Source of the DNA: Octopus sinensis
Lineage: Eukaryota
DNA: 64,000 nucleotides
Direction of reading: 5' to 3'
Assembly (NCBI RefSeq): GCF_006345805.1
Contig: NC_043010.1
Location: 19,282,001 to 19,346,000, forward strand
This document shows positions 41,596 through 53,566 of this stretch, piece after piece. Position numbers and translations under genes: made by a program. Under the pieces are notes generated by a model. The model ran no database searches, was not told where the DNA came from, and was given only the letters and a program-made list of their open reading frames with translations. Numbering within the stretch: the stretch's first letter is position 1; every line of letters begins with the position of its first letter.

Positions 41596-42398
41596 GAAAA
41601 GTCGAGAGAAATGACAAGTTAGCTTGGGAGGTTAAGCAGTTGTGGTCGCTGAAAAAGGTGGTAGTAGTACCAACAATTGTTGGAGCCCTAAGAACAGTGA
41701 GTGAAAATCTTGAGAAGTACATGGGACAAACAGGGTCGAAAGTGTGACTCACATTGTTAATGCTTGTGAAAGTCTTGCGCAGAAAGAGTACAAGCGCAGA
41801 CACGGCAAAGTAGCCCCAAACCTCCACTGGTTACAATGCCGTAAGTATGGATATGAGGTTATGGGTGCTTGGTACCAACACGCACCGGAAAAGGTAATAG
41901 ACAAAAAGGGAAAGGCAAAAATCCTCTGGGACTTTGATTTCCTGACAGACAGAGTGTTAGAGCACCAAAGGCCGGATATAGTAACCTTTAGGAGAGACAA
42001 ACAAGAGTGCCTAATAATCAGCGTAGTAGTACCAGGAGATCAACATATCATCATGAAAGAAAGAGAAAAGGTTGATAAATATGGGGACCTGAGAATTGAT
42101 ATCGCTAAGATGTGGCAGCTACGATAATCAAACATAAAGGCTATTCTTGTCATCGGAGCATTTGTTTCAATACTATCCAATCTGAAAAATCATCTGAAAA
42201 ACTTAGAGGTACCCTACAATCTAGATGTATTACAAATGTCGACATTGCTTGGAACTGCACGCATATTGGGTACAGTACTATCTGTCTGAGGTCCTTGTTG
42301 TGACTTGACAAACAGTACAAACCCCGGTAGACACAATATCTTCAATCAACAACCTCACGATATTGTATACTGCGCGACGTCTATAATAATAATAATAA

Positions 42399-42429
<31 letters not shown>

Positions 42430-42735
42430 AAGAAGAAGAAGAAGAAGAGAAGAAGAAGAAGAAGAAGAAGAAGAAGAAGAAGAAGAAGAAGAAGAAGAAG
42501 AAGAAGAAGAAGAAGAAGAAGAAGAAGAAGAAGAAGAAGAAGAAGAAGAAGAAAAGAAGAAGAAGAAGAAGATATTTCTGCAACAAGGGTTGAGCACTTG
42601 CAGAAAACAGCACTTCTTGGAACCGTTCGAATACTCCGGAAGGTGCTTGAAAAATAAGAGGTGTTACCTGAGTTCACTGGTAGTGAACAGCTGACACTGT
42701 AGTACATCTCCAGCGTTAGAGGCTGTGCAAAGGCA
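41592..42735 (+). mobile_element. R4/Dong subfamily A 3' end interrupted by a nested subfamily B copy (~41736-42382)
   Basis: A halves (41592-41735, 42577-42735) join to match the A fragment at 21297-21500. B encodes ESVTHIVNAC..YKRRH..RPDIV..KYGDL. Confidence 0.8.
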
Positions 42736-42754
42736 ATAATAATAATAATAATAA

Positions 42755-42785
<31 letters not shown>

Positions 42786-42799
42786 GTAATAATTTTAGA

Positions 42800-43268
42800 C
42801 GTGGTATGAGCAAACTCCAGAAGGAGACACCGAAAATGAGAATTATAAAATCCTATGGGATGCAATGATCCAGTGCGACCACCCGACCAGACATCGGAAA
42901 CCGGACGTTGTTGTGGTGAGCAAAAAAAAGAAAGAGCTTGTATGATAATCGACATAGCATGTCCCAGTGACAACAGGATCAAGGAGAAAGAAGAAAAAAT
43001 AACTATGATGATTTAAAGTGGGAAATACGAAGGTTGTGGTCAATGAAGAGAGTAGACGTGATACTAATAGTAATTGGTGCACTTGGAAGTATCAGTACTC
43101 AACTACCAACATGGCTGAAAAATATCGGTGCAAGCGTGAAAGCAGAACACCTACAAAAATCAGCATTGCTTGGAACTGCAAGAATTCTTCGCAATGTCTC
43201 CTTAGTCTGCTGGCTGTGGACAGCTGACACTTTCCCTCATACCCAGCAAAATAAGCTGTGAGGTCTCA
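42800..43268 (+). mobile_element. R4/Dong subfamily C 3' fragment (RLE domain)
   Basis: WYEQTPE..ILWD..KPDVVVV..IIDIACP..HLQKSALLGTARILR; flanked by (AAT)n. Confidence 0.8.
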
Positions 43269-43332
43269 TATAATAACAATAATAATAATAATAATAATAA
43301 TATAATAATAATAATAATAATAATATAGTAAT

Positions 43333-45397
43333 AAGCCTGGATTGACTACAAAAAGGCGTTTGATAGCATCCCCCACACATGGATCCTCGAAACACTAGCC
43401 ATTAACAAAGTAGCACCAACAATCATAAAATTCATAGAGCACTCTATGAATAAATGGCAAACAGTCCTACACCTACAACAAAGAGGGACTCATAAAAACA
43501 AAGACATCCCCATTAGAAGAGGAATATTCCAGGGAGACACGCTCTCTCCACTCCTTTTCTGCTTGGCACTGTCACCTCTATCTGATATACTAAATAGAAC
43601 TGGATGCGGATATAAATGTTACGGCAAAACGATCAGCCACCTTTTATATATGGATGACCTAAAACTATACGCTGCAAATGACAAACAGCTGGAAACACTA
43701 TTAAAGACAGTTCATGGATTACCAAAGAAATAGATATGAAATTTGGATTAGAAAAATGCGCCAAAGTAACCATGAAAAGAGGAAAACTAGTTAAGAGTAA
43801 CAACATCACACTATAAAACCAATGAAATAAAAGAATTAGACCAAAGCCAAACTTACAAATACTTAGGAATCCATGAACTAGATAAGACACAACACACACA
43901 AATAAAAGAGAAAATAAAAAAAGAATATTATAGACGAGTTAGATCAATACTAAAAACAGAGCTCAATGCTAAAAACAAGATAATAGGTATCAACACTTTA
44001 GCTGTCTCAGTTATAAGTTACAGCTACAATATCCTTAACTGAACACGAAATGAACTGACCAAAATAGATAGGAAAACAAGAAAAATAATGACAGGATCTA
44101 GGATGCATCACCCAAAATCTGACATAGAAAAACTATATATACAACGTATAGAAGGTGGTTAGAGGCCTTATACAGCTGGAAAACTACTATAAAATAACCA
44201 CCATAGGACTGCAAAAATATCTACTTCAGAAGGAAGGAAAACTGATCCAGATAGCGGCAAAACACGAGCAAAACAAAAAACTGTTCTCAGTATTTAAGGA
44301 AGCTGACAAATACAAACAAGAAATCATACCACCTAATAAACATGAAGAAGAAGAAGAAGAAGAAGAAGAAGAAGAAGAAGAAGAAGAAGAAGAAGAAGAA
44401 GAAGAAGAAGAAGAAGAAGAAGAAGAAGAAGAAGAAGAAGAAGAAGAAGAAGAAGAAGAAGAAGAAGAAGAAGAAACAACAAAAGCTATAAAACAAATGA
44501 AATCCAAACTAAAAAAAGAACAGCAACGAACCATGATAAAACGATGGCAAGAAAAGACCCTTCATGGTAAATACTGGACTAAACGCAAAAGAAATAGACA
44601 AAGAAAAATCCCAGCAATGGTTGAGAAGCTCAGGACTCAAAGCAGAAACAGAGGGATTTTTAATTGCAGCACAAGACCAAAGCCTCCCCACCAGAAATTA
44701 CCAAAAACATGTAATGAAAAGAAATATTACAAGTAACTGCAGAATATGTGGAGATGGACAAGAAACAATAAATCATATTATCTCTAGCTGCCCAGTCCTG
44801 GCTAAGAAGAATATATTCACAGACATGACAGAGTTGGAACCTACATACACTGGAAGCTATGCCAACATTATGGAATAACAACAGAAAAAAGATGGTATAG
44901 GCACACACCAGAAAAGGTCACAGAAAACGAGAAAGCAACCATACTCTGGGATATGCCGATACACACAGATAGAGAAATTAAGGCCAACAGACCAGATATA
45001 GTTGTCAGAGATCATGAAGAAAAAAATGCTTTCTAATTGATGTATCAATACCGGCAGATGACAACGTGTCTCTAAAAGAAATGGAGAAACTCTCAAAATA
45101 CAAAGACCTGGAAATAGAGGTAACTAGAATGTGGAATCTGAAAACAGAAACAATTCCTATCATAGTAGGTGCATTAGGCATGATAAAAAATATGCAGACA
45201 ATACATAACAAAAACACCAGGACTTACAAACACATATAACATACAGAAAATTGCACTACTAGGCACTGCACACATCCTACGCAGAACACTTTCCATACAA
45301 TAACCATCAGAGCATCACAACAAATCACAGCACATACTTAAGGCACACAGAGCTGCGCTCGGTAGTGAAGTGAAAGCACGCTATAAAAATAAAACTA

Positions 45398-45400
<3 letters not shown>
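43333..45400 (+). mobile_element. R4/Dong-clade RLE non-LTR retrotransposon, subfamily D copy 1 (5'-truncated RT + CCHC finger + RLE + 3'UTR)
   Basis: AWIDYKKAFDSIPH, GIFQGDTLSPLLF, YMDD, GGRGL, LHGKY, CRICGDGQETINHIISSC, NRPDIVV..LIDVS. (AAT)n on both sides. Confidence 0.92.
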
Positions 45401-45449
<49 letters not shown>

Positions 45450-45461
45450 TAATAATAATAA

Positions 45462-45498
<37 letters not shown>

Positions 45499-45518
45499 TA
45501 ATATAATAATAATATAAT

Positions 45519-46220
45519 AAATCATATTATCTCTAGCTGCCCAGTCCTGGCTAAGAAGGAATATATTCACAGACATGACAGAGTTGGAACTTACATACAT
45601 TGGAAGCTATGCCAACATTATGGAATAACAACAGAAAAAAGATGGTATAGGCACACACCAGAAAAGGTCACAGAAAACGAGAAAGCAACCATACTCTGGG
45701 ATATGCCGATACACACAGATAGAGAAATTAAGGCCAACAGACCAGAATAGTTGTCAGAGACCATGAAGAAAAAAATGCTTTCTAATTGATGTATCAGTAC
45801 CGGCAGATGACAACGTGTCTCTAAAAGAAATGGAGAAACTCAAAATACAAAGACCTGGAAATAGAGGTAACTAGAATGTGGAATCTGAAAACAGAAACAA
45901 TTCCTATCATAGTAGGTGCATTAGGCATGATAAAAAAATATTCAGACAAATACATTCAGACCTATTTGAAAATGATACCAGGCTTACCATCCCTACAGGA
46001 AGTGCAAAAAATCGTATTAACTGGAACGACTCATGTACTGAGAAGAGCATTATCGCTGTGAAAACAACATTTAATCGTGAATTTATTTATTTATTTTTTA
46101 AATACATATTTTACCTGTGAATTTGCGTGTGTAATCTGGGAATGCATACAATGAGCTTCTCTGCCTCAGGTGTGCGGAAAACACTCGGCGAGAAACGGAA
46201 GAAAATTTGAAGAAAGAAGG
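45519..46220 (+). mobile_element. Partial duplicate of subfamily D (RLE region) fused to the 3' end of a different R4/Dong subfamily (E)
   Basis: 45519-~45955 repeats 44770-45200 almost exactly, then switches to YLKMIPGLPSLQEVQKIVLTGTTHVLRRALSL* with a different UTR and an (AAT)n tail. Confidence 0.8.
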
Positions 46221-46403
46221 GATAATAATAATAATAATAACAATATTTTTTCCACAAGGACTGGAATTTGGGAGGGGGGCAGGTGTTCATCGATTACACC
46301 AACCCTAGTATTCAATGTCGACCCCGGCGGAATTTGAACTGACAGACAGACAAACAGAGATACGAACAGATAGATAGAGAGACAGAAAGCTAGATAGACA
46401 GAT

Positions 46404-46485
<82 letters not shown>

Positions 46486-46488
46486 CAG

Positions 46489-46564
<76 letters not shown>

Positions 46565-47051
46565 CAGACATGCAGACAAACAGACAGATAGACGGTTAGA
46601 TGGATGGTTTGAGAGAAATTGTGAGAGGCGTAGAGAGGAGTTGCAAGTCTACCAAAAGCTGATGAATCTGCCGTGATAAATGATTTATTATATTGATGGG
46701 AAGGTTTTGGTTTTAATTTCGCTGCTGCCGAGATTTTAAGTAACAAATCCAGCGAAAGCATCAACAACAACAACATCAATAAAAGTAAGAATGGGCTTCG
46801 TTGAACAAAAAGATTCATGCATTCGATATGTATTCCTGTATTCCTTGATTTGTGTTTTTTTTTTTTTGCCTTTCTTTCTGCAAAACATCATATTAGCAAT
46901 CTTCTTCATGTAATCATCGCATTCTTAACCTTGCCAATCGATTTGTCAATAATCATTATATTAAAGAGTTCCTTTATATTAATACTTTACACTATCATTA
47001 TTATTATTATTGTTGTTGTTGTTGTTGTTGTTGTCGTTGTTGTTGTTGTTT

Positions 47052-47123
<72 letters not shown>

Positions 47124-47462
47124 CTGTACTTATTCTTTTTTGTTTCTTATTGTTAATATTATTTTATATATTATTCTAGTCGTTTTACTATTTTTTTTTA
47201 TTTTACTCTCTCTCTCTCTCTCCCCCCCCTCTCTCTCTCTCTCTCCCTCTCCTTCTCTTTTACCTGAATTCATTTTACCAAAAGATTCTCCGTACGTGAT
47301 TCCTGGTGGTTTTGAGGCAATAGCAATCTCACCGTTTTCGAGGTTCGAAGTTGGTCCGGCGTGTGAGGGGGTGACGTCAAGCAAAACCGACATAAAAGAT
47401 TTAAAAAGAAAAACACGTTAAAAAAATATATAATAAAATGTCCGATGAAGTGTGTAGAGTGG

Positions 47463-47493
<31 letters not shown>

Positions 47494-47623
47494 CATACAT
47501 ACATACAGACAGACACACATAAATGTATGTATATATATATATATACATACAGACACACATACACACACGTTTATGTAGCTTCATATATACATACATACAT
47601 ACATACATACATACATACATACA

Positions 47624-47659
<36 letters not shown>

Positions 47660-48683
47660 TGTGTGTGTGTGTGCGCGTATTGTGTATAAATATATATATA
47701 CATGTATGTATATATATTAGTGTATCTGTATATACATATATGTATGTATGTGTGTGTATATATACATATATATATATATATGTATACATCCACACATACA
47801 GGGAGGTCTGTGTTGGCGTGAATTGGTTTTCTATGTTAATGGAGGAGCGGTTCGTCATATGCCTATGTTTAGATGTCTGTATGTAGGGATTGATATGTGC
47901 GTCTGTGCGTGAGTGTATGTTTAAAGAGGAGAGCTAATCAAAAGAAGATTTACAATTTCACATCGAACACATGCGTAGAGATTTCAACGGATATACAGAA
48001 TCAACGTAACTTTTGTTTGATGTCAGAATTACATTAATGCTGTTCCCGGATAAGGTCGTCAAATTAATCTGTAAAATCTTAAATTTTAACTCTTATTAGA
48101 CCAAGCTTCTGAGTTCTAAAATGACTAAGACGACTTTACCTTTCAGATACTCAAGTTTGAAAGAATTGATACCAGTAATACGCTGGGCTACATACTGTCG
48201 ATAATATTGCTATTTAACAAGAATAATATTATTGACATTGTTCCTTGCCAAATTAATTTAATCAATGTTACTACCTATTTTATTATCACCGGCGTAACTA
48301 TATTATAAGTAGCTCGCTGCTTGGTTGCGAGTTCAGTCCCACTGCGTGGCACCTTGGACAGGTGTCTTATATTATAGCCTCGGGCCGACCAGAGCCTTGT
48401 GAGGGGATTTGGTAGAAGGAAACTGAAAGAAGCCCGTCGTATATATATGTGTGTGTGGTGTGTGTGTGTGTGTATGTGTAAACGCAGGTGTGGGTGTGTG
48501 GTAAGTAGCTTGCTTACCAACCGCATGGTTCTGGGTTCAGTCCCACTGCTCTTAGCTTAGTCTTTCCTTGGGGCTGGCCAGATTCGAGCAATCTCGAGTA
48601 TAACCAACCGAAATTGCCAAGATAATTTGGAACTCGACTGAGGAAAGAAAATTTCGAAAGACCCGTCCTTGTTTTCTTTGTAT

Positions 48684-48796
<113 letters not shown>

Positions 48797-48974
48797 ATAT
48801 GTATCTATGTATTTGTAGAATAGTTAGGGATTACCCCAAAACGTTTACCGGTTCGCTATGAAACTTCGTAATAATCCTTATTATTATTGTTGTTGTTGTT
48901 GATCTATATATATATAGGAAAAATGGCACGACAAGGTGTTGTAACAATATTTGTATTTTTAGATACATACATGC

Positions 48975-49005
<31 letters not shown>

Positions 49006-49819
49006 TGTATGTATGAATGTATTTATGTGTGTATGTTTGTACGTACATATCTATGTATGTATGTGTGTGTATGTATGTATGTATGTATGTAAGTACGTAC
49101 GTATGTATGTATGTATGTATGCATATATAACGAGATAGATAGATAGATAGATAGATAGATATGACTGTATTTGTCTTTGTATTTGTGTTTGTCTCCCCCC
49201 ACACACCGTTTGACAACCGGTGTTGGTGTGTTTAAGTCACTGTAACTTAGCGATTCTGCAATAGAGTCCGGTAGAATTAGGACCAGGCTTTAAGCAAACG
49301 TACTACGGTTGATTCATTCAGCTAAAATTCTTCAAAGCGGTGCCACAGCATGGCCGCTGTCTAACGACTGAAGGAAGTAAAAGAGAGATAAGAACAGTGA
49401 GTGCCTAAGTTCAAATCTCGTTCTTCCATTCTTCCATGATCAATAACATTGTTTTCTAAGTTTGGTACGAGGCTACGAAGTAGTGGAGAGAGACTTAAAT
49501 TCATTAAATTGGTCCCTCTACTTCTCTTTCTCGACTTTCGAAGAAGGAAAAGCAAAGTTGAAGTCGGTGGGATTTAGACTCAGAACATAAATTGTCATGA
49601 TTAAATACCACCAGGCACTTTGTCTAACTCTAATGATTCTACATAATTTATATTTTGAACATTATTTACATTTCATGGATATTTGTCCTCATCTTGTTTG
49701 TTGTTAACACAACGTTTGGGCTGATATACCCTCCAGCTTTCATTAGGTCCCTTGGGGGAAATTTCGAACCTGATTTCTTATTCCTAAGGTATTTTTCGAT
49801 GTTATTATTATTATCACAC

Positions 49820-49892
49820 GAGCTTTTAGCGTAGTGGTTAAGAGCGCGGGTTACTAACCCCAGGATTCTGAGTTCGATTCCTAGCAGTGACC
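49820..49892 (+). other. tRNA-derived head (tRNA pseudogene or SINE head) with (AAT)n tail
   Basis: A-box tagcgtagtgg, B-box gagttcgattcc, anticodon arm cggg-ttactaa-cccc (ACT in the anticodon position); acceptor stem does not pair, so not a functional tRNA. Confidence 0.65.
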
Positions 49893-49893
49893 C

Positions 49894-49941
<48 letters not shown>

Positions 49942-49946
49942 TAATA

Positions 49947-50014
<68 letters not shown>

Positions 50015-50021
50015 AATAATG

Positions 50022-50066
<45 letters not shown>

Positions 50067-50069
<3 letters not shown>

Positions 50070-51924
50070 GATGACCTAAAACTATACGCTGCAAACAGAT
50101 GGAAACACTATTAAAGACAGTTCATGGATTTACCAAATAAATAGATATGAAATTTGGATTAGAAAAATGCGCCAAAGTAACCATGAAAAGAGGAAAACTA
50201 GTTAAGAGTAGTAACATCACACTAGATAAAACCAATGAAATAAAAGAATTAGACCAAAGCCAAACTTACAAATACTTAGGAATCCATGAACTAGATAAGA
50301 CACAACACACACAAATAAAAGAGAAAATAAAAAAGAATATTATAGACGAGTTAGATCAATACTAAAAACAGAGCTCAATGCTAAAAACAAGATAATAGGT
50401 ATTAACACTTTAGCTGTCCCAGTTATAAGTTACAGCTACAATATCCTTAACTGGACACTAAATGAACTGACCAAAATAGATAGGAAAACAAGAAAAATAA
50501 TGACAGGATCCAGGATGCATCACCCAAAATCTGTCATAGAAAGACTATATATACAACGTATAGAAGGTGGTAGAGGCCTTATACAGCTGGAAAACAATTA
50601 TAAAATAACCACCATAGGACTGCAAAACTATCTACTTCAGAAGGAAGGAAAACATACAAATAGCGGCAAAACACGAGCAAAACAAAAACTATTCTCAGTA
50701 TTTAAGGAAGCTGTCAAATACAAACAAGAAATCATACCACCTAATAAATATGAAGAATAAGAATAAGAAGAAGAAGAAGAAGAAGAAGAAGAGAAGAAGA
50801 AGAAGAGAAGAAGAAGAAGAAGAAGAAGAAGAAGAAGAAGAAGAAGAAGAAGAAGAAGAAGAAGAAGAAGAAGAAGAGAAGAAGAAGAATAAACAACAAA
50901 AGCTATAAAACAAATGAATCCAAACTAAAAACAGAACAGCAACGAACCATGATAAAACGATGGCAAGAAAAGCCCCTTCATGTTAAATACTGGACTAAAC
51001 TAAACGCAAAAGAATAGACAAAGAAAAATCCCAGCAATGTTGAGAAGCTCAGGACTCAAAGCAGAGACAGAGGGATTTTTAATTGCAGCACAAGATCAAA
51101 GCCTCCCCACCATAAATTACCAAAAACATTTAATGAAAAGAAATATAACAAGTAACTGCAGAATATGTGGAGATGGACAAGAAACAATAATCATATTATC
51201 TCTGGCTGCCCAGTCCTGGCTAAGAAGGATATATTCACAGACATGACAGAGTTGGAACCTACATACACTGGAAGCTATGCCAACATTATGGAATAACAAC
51301 AGAAAAAAGATGGTATAGGCACACACCAGAAAAGGTCACAGAAAACGAGAAAGCAACCATACTCTGGGATATGCCAATACACACAGATAGAGAAATTAAG
51401 GCAAACAGACCAGATATAGTTGTCAGAGATCATGAAGGAAAAAAATGCTTTCTAATTGATGTATCAATACCGGCAGATGACAACGTGTCTCTAAAAGAAA
51501 TGGAAAAACTCTCAAAATACAAAGACTTGGAAATAGAGGTAACCAGAATGTGGAATCTAAAAACAGAAACAATTCCTATCATAGTAGGTGCATTTGGCAT
51601 GATAAAAAAATATGCAGACAAATACATAACAAAAACACCAGGACTTACAAACACATATAACATACAGAAAATTGCACAACTAGGCACTGCACACATCCTA
51701 CGCAGAACACTTTCCATACAACAACCATCAGAGCATCACAACAAATCACAGCACATACCTAAGGCACACAGAGCTGCGCTCGGTAGTGAAGTGAAAGCAC
51801 GCTATAAAAATAAAACTACTGAATAATAATAATAATAATAATAATAATCACAGCACATACCTAAGGCACACAGAGCTGCGCTCGGTAGTGAAGTGAAAGC
51901 ACGCTATAAAAATAAAACTACTGA
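50067..51924 (+). mobile_element. R4/Dong subfamily D copy 2, truncated at the YMDD motif, with duplicated 3'UTR
   Basis: Near-identical by eye to 43650-45400. (AAT)n on both sides; the 3'UTR is repeated at ~51847-51924. Confidence 0.92.
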
Positions 51925-52019
51925 ACAATAATAATAATAGCAATAATAATAATAATAATAATCCTTTCTAATATAGGCACAGGGGTGCTAACGTCCAGCG
52001 TACTAACGATAATAATGCT

Positions 52020-52620
52020 AATAATAATAATCTTTTTTACTCCAGGCACAAGGCTGAAATTTTGGGGGATGTTGTGGCGGGGGGCAGTCGATTAGATCGA
52101 CTCCATTACGCAACTGGTTCTTAATTTATCGACGCCGAAATGATGAAAGGCAAAGTCGACATCGGCGGAATTTGAACTCAAGAACATAAAGACAGACGAA
52201 ATACCTATTTCTTTACTATCCACAAGGGGCTAAACACAGAGGGGAGAAACAAGGACAGACAAACGGATTAAGTCGATTATATCAACCCCAGTTCATAACT
52301 GGTACTTAATTTATCGACCCCGAATGGATGAAAGGCAAAGTCGACCTCGGCGGAATTTGAACTCAGAACGTAGCGGCAGACGAAATACCTATTTCTTTAC
52401 TACCCACAAGGGGCTAAACACAGAGAGGACAAACAAGGACAGACAAACGGATTAAGTCGATTACATCGACCCCACTATGTAACTGTTACTTAATTTATCG
52501 ACCCCGAAAGGATGAAAGGCAATGTCGACATCGGCGAAATTTGAACTCAGAACATAACGGCAGACGAAATACCGCTACGCATTTCGCCCGGCTTGCTAAC
52601 GTTTCTGCCAGCTCGCCGCC
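52020..52620 (-). mobile_element. SINE family A multimer (about 3 tandem units of ~182 bp)
   Basis: The unit cctatttctttactacccacaaggggctaaacacagag..aatttgaactcagaacg..gacgaaata repeats, ending in the SINE head ctgccagctcgccgc. Confidence 0.8.
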
Positions 52621-52918
52621 CCGAACTTGGGGTTTATTGTTAAAAATAAACTACTGTATATTCTGTTAAAAATGCAAATTTTTCTGATCAGCCAGAGGTT
52701 ATCATTTTTATCAAGGCTTCTATATTTAAATTAGCTGAGACGAGATTTCTATGTTTAAACCCTACCGTACATTTTAGAATTCACAATTTTCAACTTGCTC
52801 GATCCTTGAAATGCTGATGGCATTGCTTATATTCATTTTGTTAACGTTAATTTCTCAAGATATTTATTATAATTCTTTATTGCTGACGTATCTTAGAGTC
52901 ATTTTCTATTGCAGCCAT

Positions 52919-53342
52919 GGGATCTTTTCGGTTTGAACGGCAGTTTTTTAAAAATAATTTCCACGTAACTAAACACTTTTAAACTTCGTATACTGGTAGA
53001 ATGTGTTTATAAAACATTTTTTTCTCTTTGCTTTATTGAGAAATTCTATAGTTTGTAAGATATTTGTTGTTGCTTTTTCTTCAATTTCTGCAATTTCAAC
53101 CAATCAGTGACGTCTGTTGAGGTAAAAAAGAAACATTCTGTGCCGTATGAATATGTCCCTCGTTTAAGAAGCAGATTGGGTTTATTTACATTTGTGAAGA
53201 AAAAAGATACCCTTCCCCCCACCCCCACCCCTAACCCTAAAACAGATTGAAATGCAATAGATCGATACTAGGGTCATAATTATGGGTGACAATTTCATGT
53301 GACACCGCTAGAAAAAACTGCCGTTCAAACCGAAAAGATCCC
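52919..53342. mobile_element. MITE, 424 bp, 30 bp TIRs
   Basis: gggatcttttcggtttgaacggcagttttt ... aaaaactgccgttcaaaccgaaaagatccc; no ORF; no clean TSD. Confidence 0.8.
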
Positions 53343-53443
53343 AACCATGTTTATCCACTTTCGTTGACTTCATGTTTTATAGCCGTTGTTCAATACTTTA
53401 TTTTCCGCCAAAGTTCATCATTGCTATGTTTATCTCTCTTCAG

Positions 53444-53566
53444 GCATCTAGTCCCGCCTGCACTGAACTGGAAGCTATCGTCATGGATTGGCTGGCCAAA
53501 ATGATTGGTCTACCTTCAGAATTCCAACATCGCAGTCCCCAGACGAACGGTGGAGGTGTCATACAG
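53444..53566 (+). CDS. Hdc: Histidine decarboxylase next exon (equivalent to vertebrate HDC exon 4), 123 nt, phase 0/0
   Basis: Acceptor tttatctctcttcag, donor CAG|gtagag. Translates [41 protein letters not shown], which continues directly from GFTW of the previous exon as in group II PLP decarboxylases. Confidence 0.93.

Noticed and set aside
42305-42694. Poly-R/E/K, poly-I, YI- and CV-rich ORFs here and throughout the track
   Set aside because: Translations of (GAA)n, (TAA)n, (TA)n and (CA)n microsatellites; not genes.
47372-47379. Perfect CRE palindrome TGACGTCA in unique-looking intronic sequence
   Set aside because: A single 8-mer is expected about once by chance in 64 kb; no supporting motif cluster.
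48630-48670. CTGAGGA..GAAA spacing resembling a hammerhead
   Set aside because: Stems I and III cannot be formed.
49820-49892. Functional tRNA-Ser(ACT) gene
   Set aside because: The acceptor stem does not pair, there is no long variable arm, and it has an (AAT)n tail; treated as a retroposed head.
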